The notes under the pieces are model-generated. The model saw only the letters and a list, made by a program, of their open reading frames with translations, searched no databases and was not told the origin of the DNA. Of a DNA stretch of 64,000 nt, positions 25,445-38,356 are shown piece by piece (positions within the stretch are counted from its first letter, which is position 1; every line of letters starts with the position of its first letter). The DNA is from Octopus bimaculoides (taxonomy: Eukaryota). The stretch covers positions 158,468,007 to 158,532,006 of the forward strand of contig NC_068981.1 in NCBI RefSeq assembly GCF_001194135.2. The letters run 5' to 3'. A program made the translations under genes and the position numbers.

Positions 25445-26000
25445 GAGTGAGAGAGCAGTGCATGCCATCAAAGTGACACTGAGTAAAATATACGAAGCCC
25501 GTTATACCCATCATGACTACCCGTCTGATAAGGGTACACCAGGCACATGCATCACAACCATATGTGCATGACATGGTGATCTCATATCAAGATAAACAGC
25601 GCTTGACCTCGCAGGTGGGGCCCAGTTAGAATTTTCTTCAGGTCGAGTAGCCCATCCCACTCAAAAGGTCCCTGAATAAGGTTTGTTTAAGGATGTTGAG
25701 CAAAACACCCATGTTTCCAAAAGTGAATTATTCAAACCCCAAAGAATTCCTCTCAACACATGGCTATGATGCTCCCCCACTACTTCTGCTCATGATCAGA
25801 GATGCACATATCGTCAGCCACCAAGGGACATGCTCAACTGGTTAAGGTCAAACAACTGACAAGCAAATCTGAGGTACTGAGCAGAATATTTGCTGTAGCC
25901 CATCTTTTATACCAAGACAAAACAATGTACATGATAACACTTCCTATCAATTAAGATCAGAAGCCATGAGAGCCAGTGCCTGGTACGCTTCCGGGCATTT
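25444..26000. repeat. About 555-bp putative interspersed element between two (ATT)n arrays
   Basis: Sharp boundaries against (TAT)n on both sides, higher GC than the flanks, no coding signature. Confidence 0.5.
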
Positions 26001-26001
26001 A

Positions 26002-26044
<43 letters not shown>

Positions 26045-26311
26045 TGTTGTTGTTGTTGTTAAGAAAAAGAAAAAGAAGAGTGGGACTGAATAGCCACGAT
26101 TTAACACCATTTCAGTTCCTAACCGACTTATCTCTGGAACGAACAAATCCCTAGGCATTGTTAATGAGAGTTGTCAAAGATCTTACACTGACCACATTCA
26201 TAATTTGAGAGATTAAATTTTAAAATCATATAAAAATATTTTTTCGCAATGTCTGGTCTATCATTGTTATATTTTTGTGTAAATGTGTGTGTTGTTTTTT
26301 TTTAATTTTAG

Positions 26312-26442
26312 GAAAAACAGGAAGTAGCTGCTGCTAATGTGATGTTCATGATGACATATGTTGTAATGAAGAGAGAAGATTTCTTATTGATCAACAATAC
26401 CTTCAGCTGGTCTAACCGTATTACACCAATAATCTCCAAGAT
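26312..26442 (+). CDS. DNAH3: Dynein heavy chain exon 13
   Basis: aattttag|GAA...AAGAT|gtaagt; EKQEVAAANVMFMMTY...EDFLLINNTFSWSNRITPI; phase 0 to 2. Confidence 0.85.
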
Positions 26443-26473
26443 GTAAGTCACACTAGCATCCAACAGACACATA

Positions 26474-26544
<71 letters not shown>

Positions 26545-27299
26545 GCGCGGCACACACAAATCATATATATTCACGCGCGCGCACGCACATATATTATGCT
26601 TTTTACTCAAAACAAAAGAACACTTAATATAAATATAATGAGGATGTATGATATATTTTGATATATTTTAATGACAATAGTCATAAACCCGAGTTTTGTG
26701 TTAAGGTGGTGCCCTACACTCATCAGATAGGCACGTTATGGGTTTAAGTTGAAAACAGCCGAAAATGGTTGCTGCAGAAGTTCTGTGCACAAAAGCTTTC
26801 GAGAAAATAAAAAGTTTTTTTTTTTTTATTTCAGAAAAAAACCTCCCTTATTATTAAGAAATAATATTTCAGTGTGAAGTAACTCATGTTCAAAAGCTAA
26901 AGAGTAATTTCTTTTACCAGAGGAAATGGCATTTTAGCCGTCTAATTCAAAAGAGATAGAATATTATAAGTATAAAGTGAGGAAGCGATAGAGAGTGTGG
27001 GAGAGGGAGTGGAGTAAAAAAGATGGAAAAAAACAATAAAGAAGAGAAATATTAAATAGATGAAAGGATAAATGAATGAAAGGTTGAATGGGGGTTTGGT
27101 CGCGAGGAGCAACTGGGAGAAAGAGCACTGGAGCTGTACTAGTACTTTACAATGTAGTTCCAATCATTTAAAATAGTGTAAGCATCTCCGATTTGGCATT
27201 TAAGTAAATTCCAGGAATTCGTCACTTCTCCGCTCAACGCAATCCACATCTTCTGTTAATGTTAGAGTAAGAATTACATTTCTCGAACAGCTTCCATTT

Positions 27300-27620
27300 G
27301 ATGTATGTATGTGTGGCGACTGCACACTATAACATGTTCGTCCATCGGAGCAATGATGATCATCTAGTCATCTTCAAGGTAACTCTGTTTAAAGTGAAGA
27401 AGAGTAGCGCACGGTCAACACACTCCATTGTCAATAACCACTTTCAGTCCAGTGACAAAACCAGGTTAAGATTACTGAGGACGGAGAAGCATGCAATGAA
27501 TGACCAAGATATCTTACTTGCCTCATCTTGTTCTTTACACTCCATAATGCGTTGCTGAAGCTGTTTTCCCCTCCACTGAACTACTGAAGGTTTCTTACGC
27601 AGAGTCCGCCAAATCCAGTT
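27300..27620 (-). mobile_element. Possible decayed RTE-type LINE fragment
   Basis: Minus strand contains ...RQVRYLGH..., like the RTE R.R..GH motif; weak. Confidence 0.35.
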
Positions 27621-28036
27621 TTCACAAGAATAGGTAGGTAAGCCCTAATATCATAATTAACCTATAGCTGGGACCCTGACCACTGGGACAGAATAGACCT
27701 GGGAATAATAGTGGCTAAGTGTTGGTTCTACTCTCCTCAAAAAACCTTGACTCTCGAAACCGAGCCCCATAACCAGTTGAAGTTTAGTCATACCCAGTAC
27801 AAGTACATACATACACACATAGACATATACACGCATGCATGCGTGCATACATACATACATACATACATACATACATACATACATACATACATACAAACAT
27901 CAGTTTGCAATGGAATTGTATCATTGAGCGGATCACAGAAAGGTAATAAGATTTTTTTATACTAATAATAGACTTACAATACGGAAATATTCGAGAGATG
28001 GGGAGAGAGATAACTGTGAGTGAATGTGTGTGTGTG

Positions 28037-28082
<46 letters not shown>

Positions 28083-28110
28083 ATTAAAGTTTCGTGCTCC
28101 ACGTATATTA

Positions 28111-28788
28111 TTGGGTCATCGCATAAATAATGCGGTTTTTTCAATTGCATGAACTAAAAGTCGGAGGAAGACGAGATAAACAATCTGCATCAACTTATTA
28201 TAAAAGCGGGTAGTAATATTACCTTGTTCTTATCCTTAGAAGAGTGATTTTAACAGTTATTTTTTCAAAGCTATAATGGAAGTTACAAAAGAGCATATTC
28301 GACATATTTTGCTTTATTAGTTCAATAAAGGCAATGACGCAACGGAAAGCACGAGGAATATTAATGCAGTATATAGGGATCGGACAATAATCGTAAGCCA
28401 GTGTCAACGGTGGTTCCAGAAATTCCGAGCTGGAAACTCCAGCCTAGAAGACGAGCCTCGTCCTGGAAGATCAGTAGAGCTCGTTGAGGTCGTCCTGCAA
28501 ACCTCGATGGAACAAAATCCCATCGTAACTGTTGAGGAACTAGCAGAGAAGCTTGGGTTTGGTCGTTCAACCAGTCATTCAAGTCAGCGCTAGAAGAGAA
28601 ACGACTGTCTTTGGTTTCAAGACGAAAGATGTTCTTCCATCAAGATAACGCTTGGCCACATACGGCGAGGATGACATTCCAAAGTCTGGAGCAGTTTGAA
28701 TGAGAAACGATGCCCATTCCAGCGTATTCGCCAGAAATTGCCTCATTTGATTATTACTTATTCCGCAGATATATATATATATATATAA
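28111..28788 (+). mobile_element. Internally deleted mariner transposon
   Basis: TA|TTGGGTCATCGCATAAAT TIR; ATG 28276 MEVTKEHIRHILLY*F...QCQRWFQKFR.G..SLEDEPRPGR; deletion; then FHQDNAWPH and a YSP.(L)A..DYYLF-like motif. Confidence 0.9.
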
Positions 28789-29621
28789 TTTTACATGTAT
28801 AATATTATACATATTTTTACATAAGACTATTATATATTATATATTATTCAAGCAGAAGGACCCGGTTTCATTCGGGTTATAAACTCATAGCCTTAACACA
28901 GTACTCTTTGCTTGTAGTTTAATTTGACACTTTCCTTCTAGGCATGGTTAGGAAAATATGTTGTAAAGGAATTGTTCGTACTTCGTTGTGAAATGATTTT
29001 TTCCACGGGTTTTTTTTCGACTGCATTCAACATATCTGACCTCCAAATGCACCGCAAACCACTTTTTCTAGGAAAGAAAGGGGGAGGGTGGTGGGGACCT
29101 CGAAATTTTCCAGGCAGCTTGAAGTTTCCCACCAATGGAGTTTTGTTTCGTGGGTTTTTGTTTTTCTTTTCCAAGTTATTTCGTATACTTTCAACGAATG
29201 TAATATGGAAATCACACATAAACGGTTCCTTTCCCCCAGAAAAGGGAAGACTTGACTGCTATTTCTAGCACGCTCTGCTACCATGTAACAGCTATTTGCG
29301 ATAAAGGACCAGCCGATATTTCGTTGTGAAATAATTATTGACTTCTCCCCCCGCCCTTTCTTTTCGGTGGGTTTGGAGATCAGATACGTTGAATGTACTC
29401 GAAAATACCTGTGGAAAAATGTTATTTGACACCGAAAGTGAAAAACCTTTTTTAAAGAAGTTAATCTTATATAAACCAATATCATTTATTTTTAATAAAA
29501 AAGATAAAATTAAGACCCTATTATGTATCCGAGATCAAATTATTCATGCACCCCAAGTATGGAACCAATTCGCGCAGCTGTTTCCGCGTGAAAAGCGAAT
29601 ACATACACACACAGGTCTATT

Positions 29622-29774
29622 NNNNNNNNNNNNNNNNNNNNNNNNNNNNNNNNNNNNNNNNNNNNNNNNNNNNNNNNNNNNNNNNNNNNNNNNNNNNNNN
29701 NNNNNNNNNNNNNNNNNNNNNNNNNNNNNNNNNNNNNNNNNNNNNNNNNNNNNNNNNNNNNNNNNNNNNNNNNN
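29622..29774. other. Assembly gap (N-run)
   Basis: Other gaps at 4807-4816, 5899-5921, 19626-19635, 19843-19852, 21929-21980, 37168-37438; most are adjacent to microsatellites. Confidence 1.
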
Positions 29775-30661
29775 TATATATATCAACACAAAGGTTTGCA
29801 AATTTGATCTTGTTTAATAATTATTAGTGACTTTTTTTATTATTCCCTTATTAGCCTTTTATTTCTGTGCGGTAAATGAATGAAGTTCTATATCAATAAA
29901 GTAAATTTAAAGTAAGGCATCGTTCATTAAATATGTTAGACAAGTAATTTTACGGATGGAATAACAGTCACTGTGTTTTCTATTAAATTTACTGGCAGCT
30001 ATAAATATAGATACACACACACCTAAAACGATATGAAACCAGTGGTAAAGGATAGAATTCCACTAATGGTAACCAAGTGCCTGGTATTAGGACTGAATTG
30101 AGTGATGAGTTAAGCATGTCTTTTCTCCATGAGCGGGAAATATTTTTGCGACAGGTTCCACAGCTTCTGTCCACCAAATTTCATATAAATGGCTTTGACC
30201 AATTCGTGGCAATGGTAGAAAATACTCGTACAATGATCTCGAACAAGTTGTGCTGTGAACTTCTTAACCGCAGCCATATTTGCGCTGTTAATTATCTCAT
30301 TGGATCAGTTATATTCAGTACTTTATAGTTTAAAACAGTGATACACAACCTCTTATCCTGTAATGGCCCACAATTTTGTTTTATATCGACCATAGTCCAT
30401 CCGCTATCGACCAAATAAAACCGAAAATCAGTATTTTAACACAAATCTAACTCAAACTATAATTTTAAAATGCACTACTAGCCATTAAAAGCATGAAATT
30501 CAGTAAAAAGAAATGAATAGTTTGGTCGTGAAAAATTCGGGATCTCGCTTATTGTGTGTGACTCAACCTTATCAACAATATCTACAAATCAACCTATTCT
30601 CTAATGTTATTTATCAATGTGTCGGTCAGTATATGTTAGTCTCATACCTTTTGTACTCCTA

Positions 30662-30700
<39 letters not shown>

Positions 30701-31440
30701 ACACACACATACACACACACATACCCACACACAAATTCTTATACTGCTATCATAAAGAGTGTTAGCTGTATTTTACTAAATAAATGATAAGGCATTGTTG
30801 ACACTCATCCGTTTAGAATTACTTATGCATACTTGGAAGAGCCTTATACGAGATTGTGCCTCACCTTCACACATACACTCAAAAAAATTAATAGCCACTT
30901 GTTACAGCACACCTTTAATATTTTACCATCATACTCTTAACCACACCTGCTTGTCAAAGGGTTGATCTTTTTATTTCATGGAGATTAAGACAGTTGCTCA
31001 CGTCATAAATAATTCTACCTTTCTCTCTCTTTCTCTCCCTCTTTCTCTCTCTTCTACCTTTCTTTCTCCGATGTTGGGTACGTCTGTGTTTGTATTGTCT
31101 GCCCTCTGTAAATACCAACACAATATATAATATAAAGCTTCACTCTTGACAGTCTCACGAACAAAAGAAATCGATTAATTTCTTGTTGCTGCTGCTGTTG
31201 TTGTTGTAGTTTGGACTGTCTTATAGTGAAGAGTATTCAAGCCATGGCCATCTTGTCTTTTAGTTTTTCAAGCTTAGCATATCAAGGACAACGTTCGCTA
31301 TTTAATATAACCTTCCCTTTCTTTTCTCTAACAGTAGGCCTTTTAAGATTTGAGGAAGATTTGGCTGCTATTTTTTCTAGTGCAGCAATTCCATTGAAGT
31401 TCTCTGGATACTTTGTATGGAGTATTGCTGCTAATGTATA

Positions 31441-31662
31441 TGACGAGGTGCTGAAAAGTTCCTAACTTTAAAGGTCTCACGAAAGGCCTAGCTGGAGTTC
31501 CAACTTTCCAAGTTCTTTTACAGGGCTTAGAAAAACTGAAGGATCGCTGCAGTGTACGAATCTGAGAGGGGGATATGTTGAATAAAACCATAATCAACTG
31601 ATCCTCCTGTATTTTCTTTTACCCAAAGACAGGAACTTTTTAGTCACCACCTCTTACTCGTA
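31441..31662. mobile_element. Degenerate mariner-type MITE
   Basis: GAGGTGCTGAAAAGTTCCT at the left end versus AGGAACTTTTTAGTCACC...CTCGTA at the right end. Confidence 0.45.
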
Positions 31663-32265
31663 TATTGTCCAGGAGGGTTTGTTTCTTAATCGGCAAAGTG
31701 CCAGGTACAAAACTTAGCTGCTCCGATATGGGTGCAGAAATGGCTGTGTGGATAAGAAGTTTGATTTGAAATTGCGTGGTTTCGGGTTTGATCCCACCGC
31801 GTGGCACTTTAGGTAGTAATCTTCTTCCACAACCTTCGGTCGATCAAACTTGTGTGAAGGAAATTTGGTAGATAGAAACCATCTTGAAGCCGATCGGAAG
31901 AATTACTCCTCTTCTTGGGTACTAGACTCCATTCATTTCCCAGGTAAACAGCACCACCTGAGTCTTGAGTGCATTTAGCAGAACCTGTTCCGTTGCAAGC
32001 ATTCAGTCCAGATCACCAGAATGGGAGACTTCTCGAAAGTCCCCAATTAATAATATATATAATGTGTGTGTGTGTGTGAATTTGCAAAAATCTGATTGAT
32101 ACAGGCAATGAAATTTGTTCTTTAATAAGATATCAATGAATTTTCTCTTTTTTTACCTCAGTATTCTAAACTACAATTTATTTACACGAGAAATCATCAT
32201 TATCATTAGGAAATAATGAAAGAGATGCTAGCTTAATGTAAACTTTCATATTAAGACAAATAAAA

Positions 32266-32580
32266 TTAAGAACTTCCTAGCACTTTCGATATGATATCTT
32301 TGCAGCAAGGCAACATAAACTCTTCGCCGATATTGTGGGGCTTTTTTGCAACAGCTATTGCCATTGAAACTTCGAAGGATGCTTTCAAACTAGCTGTACT
32401 GTCCAGTAAAAACATTCCTGTGTGATCAAGTCTGGATTTCGTCAATCTGGCGGCTTCGCGCCAGAAGAAGTCGACATCTCTATTCAATTGGGATACTTCG
32501 TTTCGAAGTGCCTCTTTAACTTGCTGGGTAGACATCAAAATCTCGGAGTACAAAATGACACTCTGGCTTCTCGTCTCCAC
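32266..32580 (-). mobile_element. hAT (Charlie/Buster-type) transposase fragment
   Basis: DVDFFWREAARLTKSRLDHTG...LKASFEVSMAIAVAKKPHNIGEEFMLPCCKDI, matching the Buster/ZBED5 AS..VA..IAK.KKPH.IGE.LI.P motif. Confidence 0.85.
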
Positions 32581-33039
32581 TAGGCTTTATAAAACCGAAT
32601 TTCAAATACGAATTATCATATCTCATTTTTTTCTTTAGAGGCATTGTAAAAAAAGATAAAATTCAGCAAACCAATTTAATATAACTACAGTGAATATTTA
32701 TTTCGCATGTATCATATACTACGGATGTGCATATATGCCTTATTATGGCCAGCTTTTGAGCGTAATAATTAGCAACAAAGCTTACCTCTCATTATTAATT
32801 GTGAAAGAAAACTTATGTGAGCGTTGTTTTGTCTGTAGATAAACCTCCGTGAACAAAACAGCTCTGTCAGAACACATTGCCATGAAAAATGAAAATGCCT
32901 TATAAAGCCCAGCTACCATGCGGGATGAGAATGGATGTTTGGCAAAGGGCAAAGTCATGCAGGAACATGTACTGGTGAAAATAACGACGGCGAGAGGCAT
33001 GCAAATGTGTGGATTGCAATAGTGGAGTGGTAAATCATG

Positions 33040-33700
33040 TGAGCTTAGAATACCGACAACGCAAGCACCGAAGCGTATGTGTTGTTGTCGAAGAGTCGTT
33101 TTCCCCGCAAATCCACCAGTAGTAAATGTGCTGAAGAAAGTCTGCACCGATTATGGGCTGATGGACATCGGCGATGGTGAATGCCCATGTATATTTTTGT
33201 GAGCCGATGTTGAGAGAAAGGGTGCGACGACTGTATGCCTCGATTGTGGACCCGTTGGCGACTGTTAAAGGTTGGCTCCGCTTTCCGTGTCGAGGTCCCT
33301 TGCCGACGCTGGGATCACGCTGACTTCTGCTCCTGTGTCGATTAGGAACCTGCATCCGGAGCTGCGATCGCGGACATAGAGGAGCAATTGGTCATGTCTG
33401 CCGGCCACCAGGGCGTTCAAATGGCGGCCGGCCCTGGAGTTTCTCTGGATCACTGGTGAAGGGGTCCTGGTTGTTTGCACTTTGTCGCCTTTTTTTCGAA
33501 CTTTGCGTGGCAGAACTTTGCGTGGCAGAAGCACAGGTTTAACCCTAACCTGTCTCGGGGCCGACCCTATGGCGTTGACCATGACACCACTGGATAAAAA
33601 ATGTGTGTCAGTTGCCTTTGCTAATTGCCGCAGGTCCTTGATTTTGGTCTGAGTTATGAGGGCCTGGACCTGGGGTGGCAGCTTGTGGAAGAATAAATAA
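33040..33700 (-). mobile_element. Ty3/Gypsy LTR retrotransposon gag-protease fragment
   Basis: Gag-like LFFHKLPPQVQALI...DLRQLAKATD; aspartic protease FLIDTGAEVSVIP...VANGSTI...ADVHQPIIGADFL; frameshifted. Confidence 0.88.
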
Positions 33701-34276
33701 GATTTTTTGGATAACTCTCTTAAATTAACATAAACATTTATTTACACGAAAGAAAATTACCGGAGACATAACACGTTTTGTTTACAAATATTGACATGTG
33801 CTATTTTCAGGATATTGACGACAAAATGTACAGTCACGTACAAAATGACAGCTTCCAAATCCTGTTTCCTGACTGGGTGAAAATGATCAAACTTTAAACT
33901 TCTATAACTTTTTAAAACATTTCAGTTTGGGCAAGTGTATTATTGTGCCAAATTTTTAAATTCTCAGTAAACTTCAACTTTTGAAATGCTGGCAGCCAAA
34001 ACGATAAGATCCGACAATAGCAAAGTTATAAGAATAGAAAAATTCTAAGTTTTCTTTTTTATTCATATAGGTGATTAATTTTACCACGATATATGCATAC
34101 ATGCACACACACATACACGCACGCACGTACACATGCGCGTACACACACATATACTTACTGCATCAAAACTACCAGAATCTTTAGTGAAGACAGCTAATGA
34201 AGGCTAAATTTTCGTGTTTTTCCTTTTGTTCCATCTGTCGTGCATTTTTATCATTTGTGCTTTTCTTTCAGTGTGT

Positions 34277-34373
<97 letters not shown>

Positions 34374-34751
34374 ATCCTTAAAATGATATTTTGTTTATCC
34401 TTAGTGTTAATGCACTGATATTTAGTTGATTGCCTTCACTGTCTATACGTATTTAGAAGTGTTGCCAATGAGTTTAGCTCCAGATTATCCCTAATCCAGC
34501 TTGCCAATGGTCAAAGATATTCTAACCATTACCACCCAGTATTTTCAAACATAATTCATCTTTGACAACATTATCCAAAATTCCATCACTTTATTCTGAG
34601 TGAGATTTGTCTATTATTTCTAATAGGTCAAGCAATCGACTAAAGGTTCCCTCAGTGGCCAACATTAAGCTATTGGTTTTGTATGTTGTCTCTAAGTTAT
34701 AACCACTAATCACAGATAATTTGTATGTTACATCTTATTTCCCCATTGCAG

Positions 34752-34947
34752 TGAAAGTCAACTTCAAAAACAACATGATTTAGCAGTAGAAAAGCTGAAT
34801 GGTTGGCGTAAACGGATTCTAGATAATGTGAGTGGTTTATCTAAAAAGCTGAAAGAATTTGCAACTAAAGACAGAATGTCAGAAGCTCAACAGATTTTAT
34901 CAGAGATTCGTATCATTGAAAATCAATTGGAAGTTTTGAAAAAAGAG
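34752..34947 (+). CDS. DNAH3: Dynein heavy chain exon 14
   Basis: attgcag|T...GAG|gtagga; ESQLQKQHDLAVEKL...KEFATKDRMSEAQ...KKE; phase 2 to 0. Confidence 0.88.
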
Positions 34948-36141
34948 GTAGGAAGTTTTGAAATTCATGCATTTCATTTACAAATAACATTATTTCTAAT
35001 TTTGGCACAAGGCCAGCAATTCTGAGAGGAGCAATTTGTCAATTGCATTGATTCCAGTGCTTCACTGGTGCTTATTTAGTCAATCCAGAAAGGATGAAAG
35101 GCAAAGTCGACCTTGGTAGTATTTGAACTGCAAATATAAGAGCTAGAGGAAATGCTGCTATGTATTTTGTCCCATGTGGTAATGATCTGACACTTCACTA
35201 CCCTATTCACAAATAATATCAAGTGTTGTATTATAAGAGTGACAGACAGAAGGAGATAAGTTTCTGTGAATTGAATCCATGAACTGGTTTTGAATTGGGA
35301 TCATTTACATTTTCAGTTTACAAACATCACAGAAGCCTAAGATGTCATGACTGCATTTCTTTTCTTCACCTGCTCGTTTTCTAATGTTTTTTAGAGGGGA
35401 AACTATTGCACTCTCTCATCATCATAAACAGGTTGTGAGAGAAAGAAATGAAAGAAAGAATAACATAAACAAACTTCAAAATAATGTAATGAACAGATAT
35501 TCCCTTATGTAGATGTATGCATGTAGGTGAACCACTTGGCTCCATTAGGTTGTAAGATAACCACTAAATATTATGAATCCATTTAGTGTATATCTACTGA
35601 TTCAATTTGAACTCAATATTGAAAGCTAAGAAACTTCTTCATTTTACAGTGCTACCAATGTTTACTGTACTAAAATATACTACCTTCAAGTACAGACAAA
35701 CTGGTGAGCTGGGTCTTTGTAAAGTGAAGTATCTTCATCATGAACTCAGTGAACTCCAGTTATAGGATTTGAACCATTGCCTCTCCACCTTGTAGTCCAT
35801 CACACTATGCCTCAACCAGTTATGTACTGGTCGACTGTTCATGCTACAAACAGTCAGTCAATACTTTAGCCATCTTGTAATATCACTTATTTATATTCAT
35901 TTTATAAAAATATTGAGGGTTAGTCAATCTTGTTGGTACTTTTCACTCATGCTGCTTTCATAATCATAACTATTAGAACTGGTAATTTAAAATGAAATAA
36001 GGAAAAGGAGGGTTCACTTGCATCTTTTTTTTTTTTACTTTCTGCATTGCAATCATCAACATCATCATCATTTAATATCTGTCCTCCATACTGACATGGG
36101 CTGAGTAGTTCAACAGGAGCCAGAAGGCCGTACCAAACACT

Positions 36142-36328
36142 AGTGCTTTTTATGTGGTGCTGGCATGGATGTCTCTTATACAGTGCTGGCACGGGTGCTT
36201 TTTATGTGACACCAGCATGGGTGCTTTTACATGACACCAGCACAGGTGCTTTTTATGTGATACCAGCATGGATGCTTCATACATTGTGCTGGCATCGGTG
36301 CTTTTATGTGGTGCCAGCACAGGTGCTT
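36142..36328. repeat. Degenerate about 26-bp minisatellite inside a family D element
   Basis: Repeated GTGCTTTTTATGTG...C(T/C)(G/A)GCA(T/C)GG units. Confidence 0.75.
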
Positions 36329-37036
36329 AGGCCTAATCTATAACTTGATTTACCACCACCAACTAGTCATTCAATATCTTTAGCAGAGATCGCTCTGTTA
36401 CAAGTAACTGGATCAGATGTCTGGTTTGAAAATAACCCCTATTAGTTTCAAAAACTTTGAGTGTTTCTTTTCCTCCTCAAAATAAACTAACTAAAACAAA
36501 AGAAGCAATGATGGACAAGGGATTAGCATTTCAGCATTTTGGTTGAAAAATCATGAAGTTATAATCCATAACTAGGGCATTTTTCAGTAGAAAAATCATA
36601 GAAGATAACTTCATAAGTTCCTCCAAAGCAGAGTTGATAAAAAAAACAAAAACAAAAGGAATCTGTGTAATGATGAAATGAAAATTAACCAGAAATTGAC
36701 CAGTCAGTGCCGACATTGTATCTTCCTTTAGAAGTTATTGAATGAATGATTTGATTTTATTTCTTTTTATTATTACATTTACACACCTTTTATTGTACCT
36801 AAAAACAAGGTTAAAAGCACACATGTGTATGTGAATGAATCTTCCTGATGGTATATCATAACAATTATTGTTTATATATGAATGACTCATTTACAAAATA
36901 TCCTTCCTCCTACTAACATGGAAGGAAGATTTTTTATGACAATATGAAATTGTAACATTAACACTAACTTCTTAGTCATGATTAACATAAGTGAAACCGG
37001 CTGTCTACATAAATATATGTATAAATATAATTAAGG

Positions 37037-37167
37037 GATCAGCAAAATATTTGCTTCACCATATACCGAAGTTCAGAAAAATAGCAGCTAAAAAAGCTGA
37101 GAATCAGCTTTTTTAGCTGCTATTTTTCTGAACTTCGGTATATGGTGAAGCAAATATTTTGCTGATC
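37037..37167. repeat. Perfect inverted repeat, 64-bp arms, GAA loop, abutting an N-gap
   Basis: 37037-37100 is the exact reverse complement of 37104-37167. Confidence 0.95.
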
Positions 37168-37461
37168 NNNNNNNNNNNNNNNNNNNNNNNNNNNNNNNNN
37201 NNNNNNNNNNNNNNNNNNNNNNNNNNNNNNNNNNNNNNNNNNNNNNNNNNNNNNNNNNNNNNNNNNNNNNNNNNNNNNNNNNNNNNNNNNNNNNNNNNNN
37301 NNNNNNNNNNNNNNNNNNNNNNNNNNNNNNNNNNNNNNNNNNNNNNNNNNNNNNNNNNNNNNNNNNNNNNNNNNNNNNNNNNNNNNNNNNNNNNNNNNNN
37401 NNNNNNNNNNNNNNNNNNNNNNNNNNNNNNNNNNNNNNTATATATACATATATATTATACA

Positions 37462-37508
<47 letters not shown>

Positions 37509-37593
37509 GCACACACACATAAAATTTTTGTGTATTGTTCTTTTTATATTTTTCGCTATATATATTTTTATTGTACCAACTTCATACAATTAG

Positions 37594-37788
37594 AAACAGA
37601 AAATTAACGAAGAAGAGATGATGCTGGGATTGGAAGAAATCAGTGAGTTTGAACAGGTGCAATTTCTAGCAACAGCAGTTGAACCTTATGAAAGACTTTG
37701 GTCAAATGCTGTCAAACTACAAACACAGTATGAATGTTGGATGAATGGGCCACTGCTGAACGTCAATTCTGAAGAGGTGGACCAAGAG
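37594..37788 (+). CDS. DNAH3: Dynein heavy chain exon 15 (DHC_N2 region)
   Basis: caattag|AAA...GAG|gtaata; KINEEE...PYERLW...WMNGPL. Confidence 0.95.
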
Positions 37789-38316
37789 GTAATATTTTGT
37801 TTTCTATTATGGTTGACATCATGATGTCTTAATAAATTCACTATGAAGTGAGTTGATAACTTGGTTTCAGTTCTTAGCTGGAACACCTTTCTTGTTTCCA
37901 TTTTTAAACTCTTAGTGAAAGATTTAAGCATCACAACTTTATTTCTCCTTCCCAGATAAACCTCGGGTATTATTTCCCATTTTACTTTAACAGATGCAAG
38001 AATGCATACAACCCTCCACCTACCACACACACACAAACAACAACAACGGCCAAACCAATTTTAATGCCTCCCTATATTATCACTGCTAAGAATAGTTCTC
38101 AAACATCCCTCAAGTGACACCATAGGATTTAAAAATAAGGAATGATGCCTTCAATTGCAGGCATGGCTATGTTGCTATGAAGCTCATTTTGCAACACTGT
38201 AGTTTCAAGTTCAGTCCCACTGCACAGTACCTTAAGCAAGTGTCTTCTATGATAACCCAAGGCCAATCAATACCATGTGAGAGAATTTGGAAGACAGAAA
38301 GTGAAAGAAGCTCATA

Positions 38317-38356
<40 letters not shown>

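Noticed and set aside
31335-31465. Possible extra dynein exon (LLRFEEDLAA...)
   Set aside because: Exon 13 (phase 2) already joins exon 14 in frame; this frame runs into a MITE and a stop with no suitable donor.
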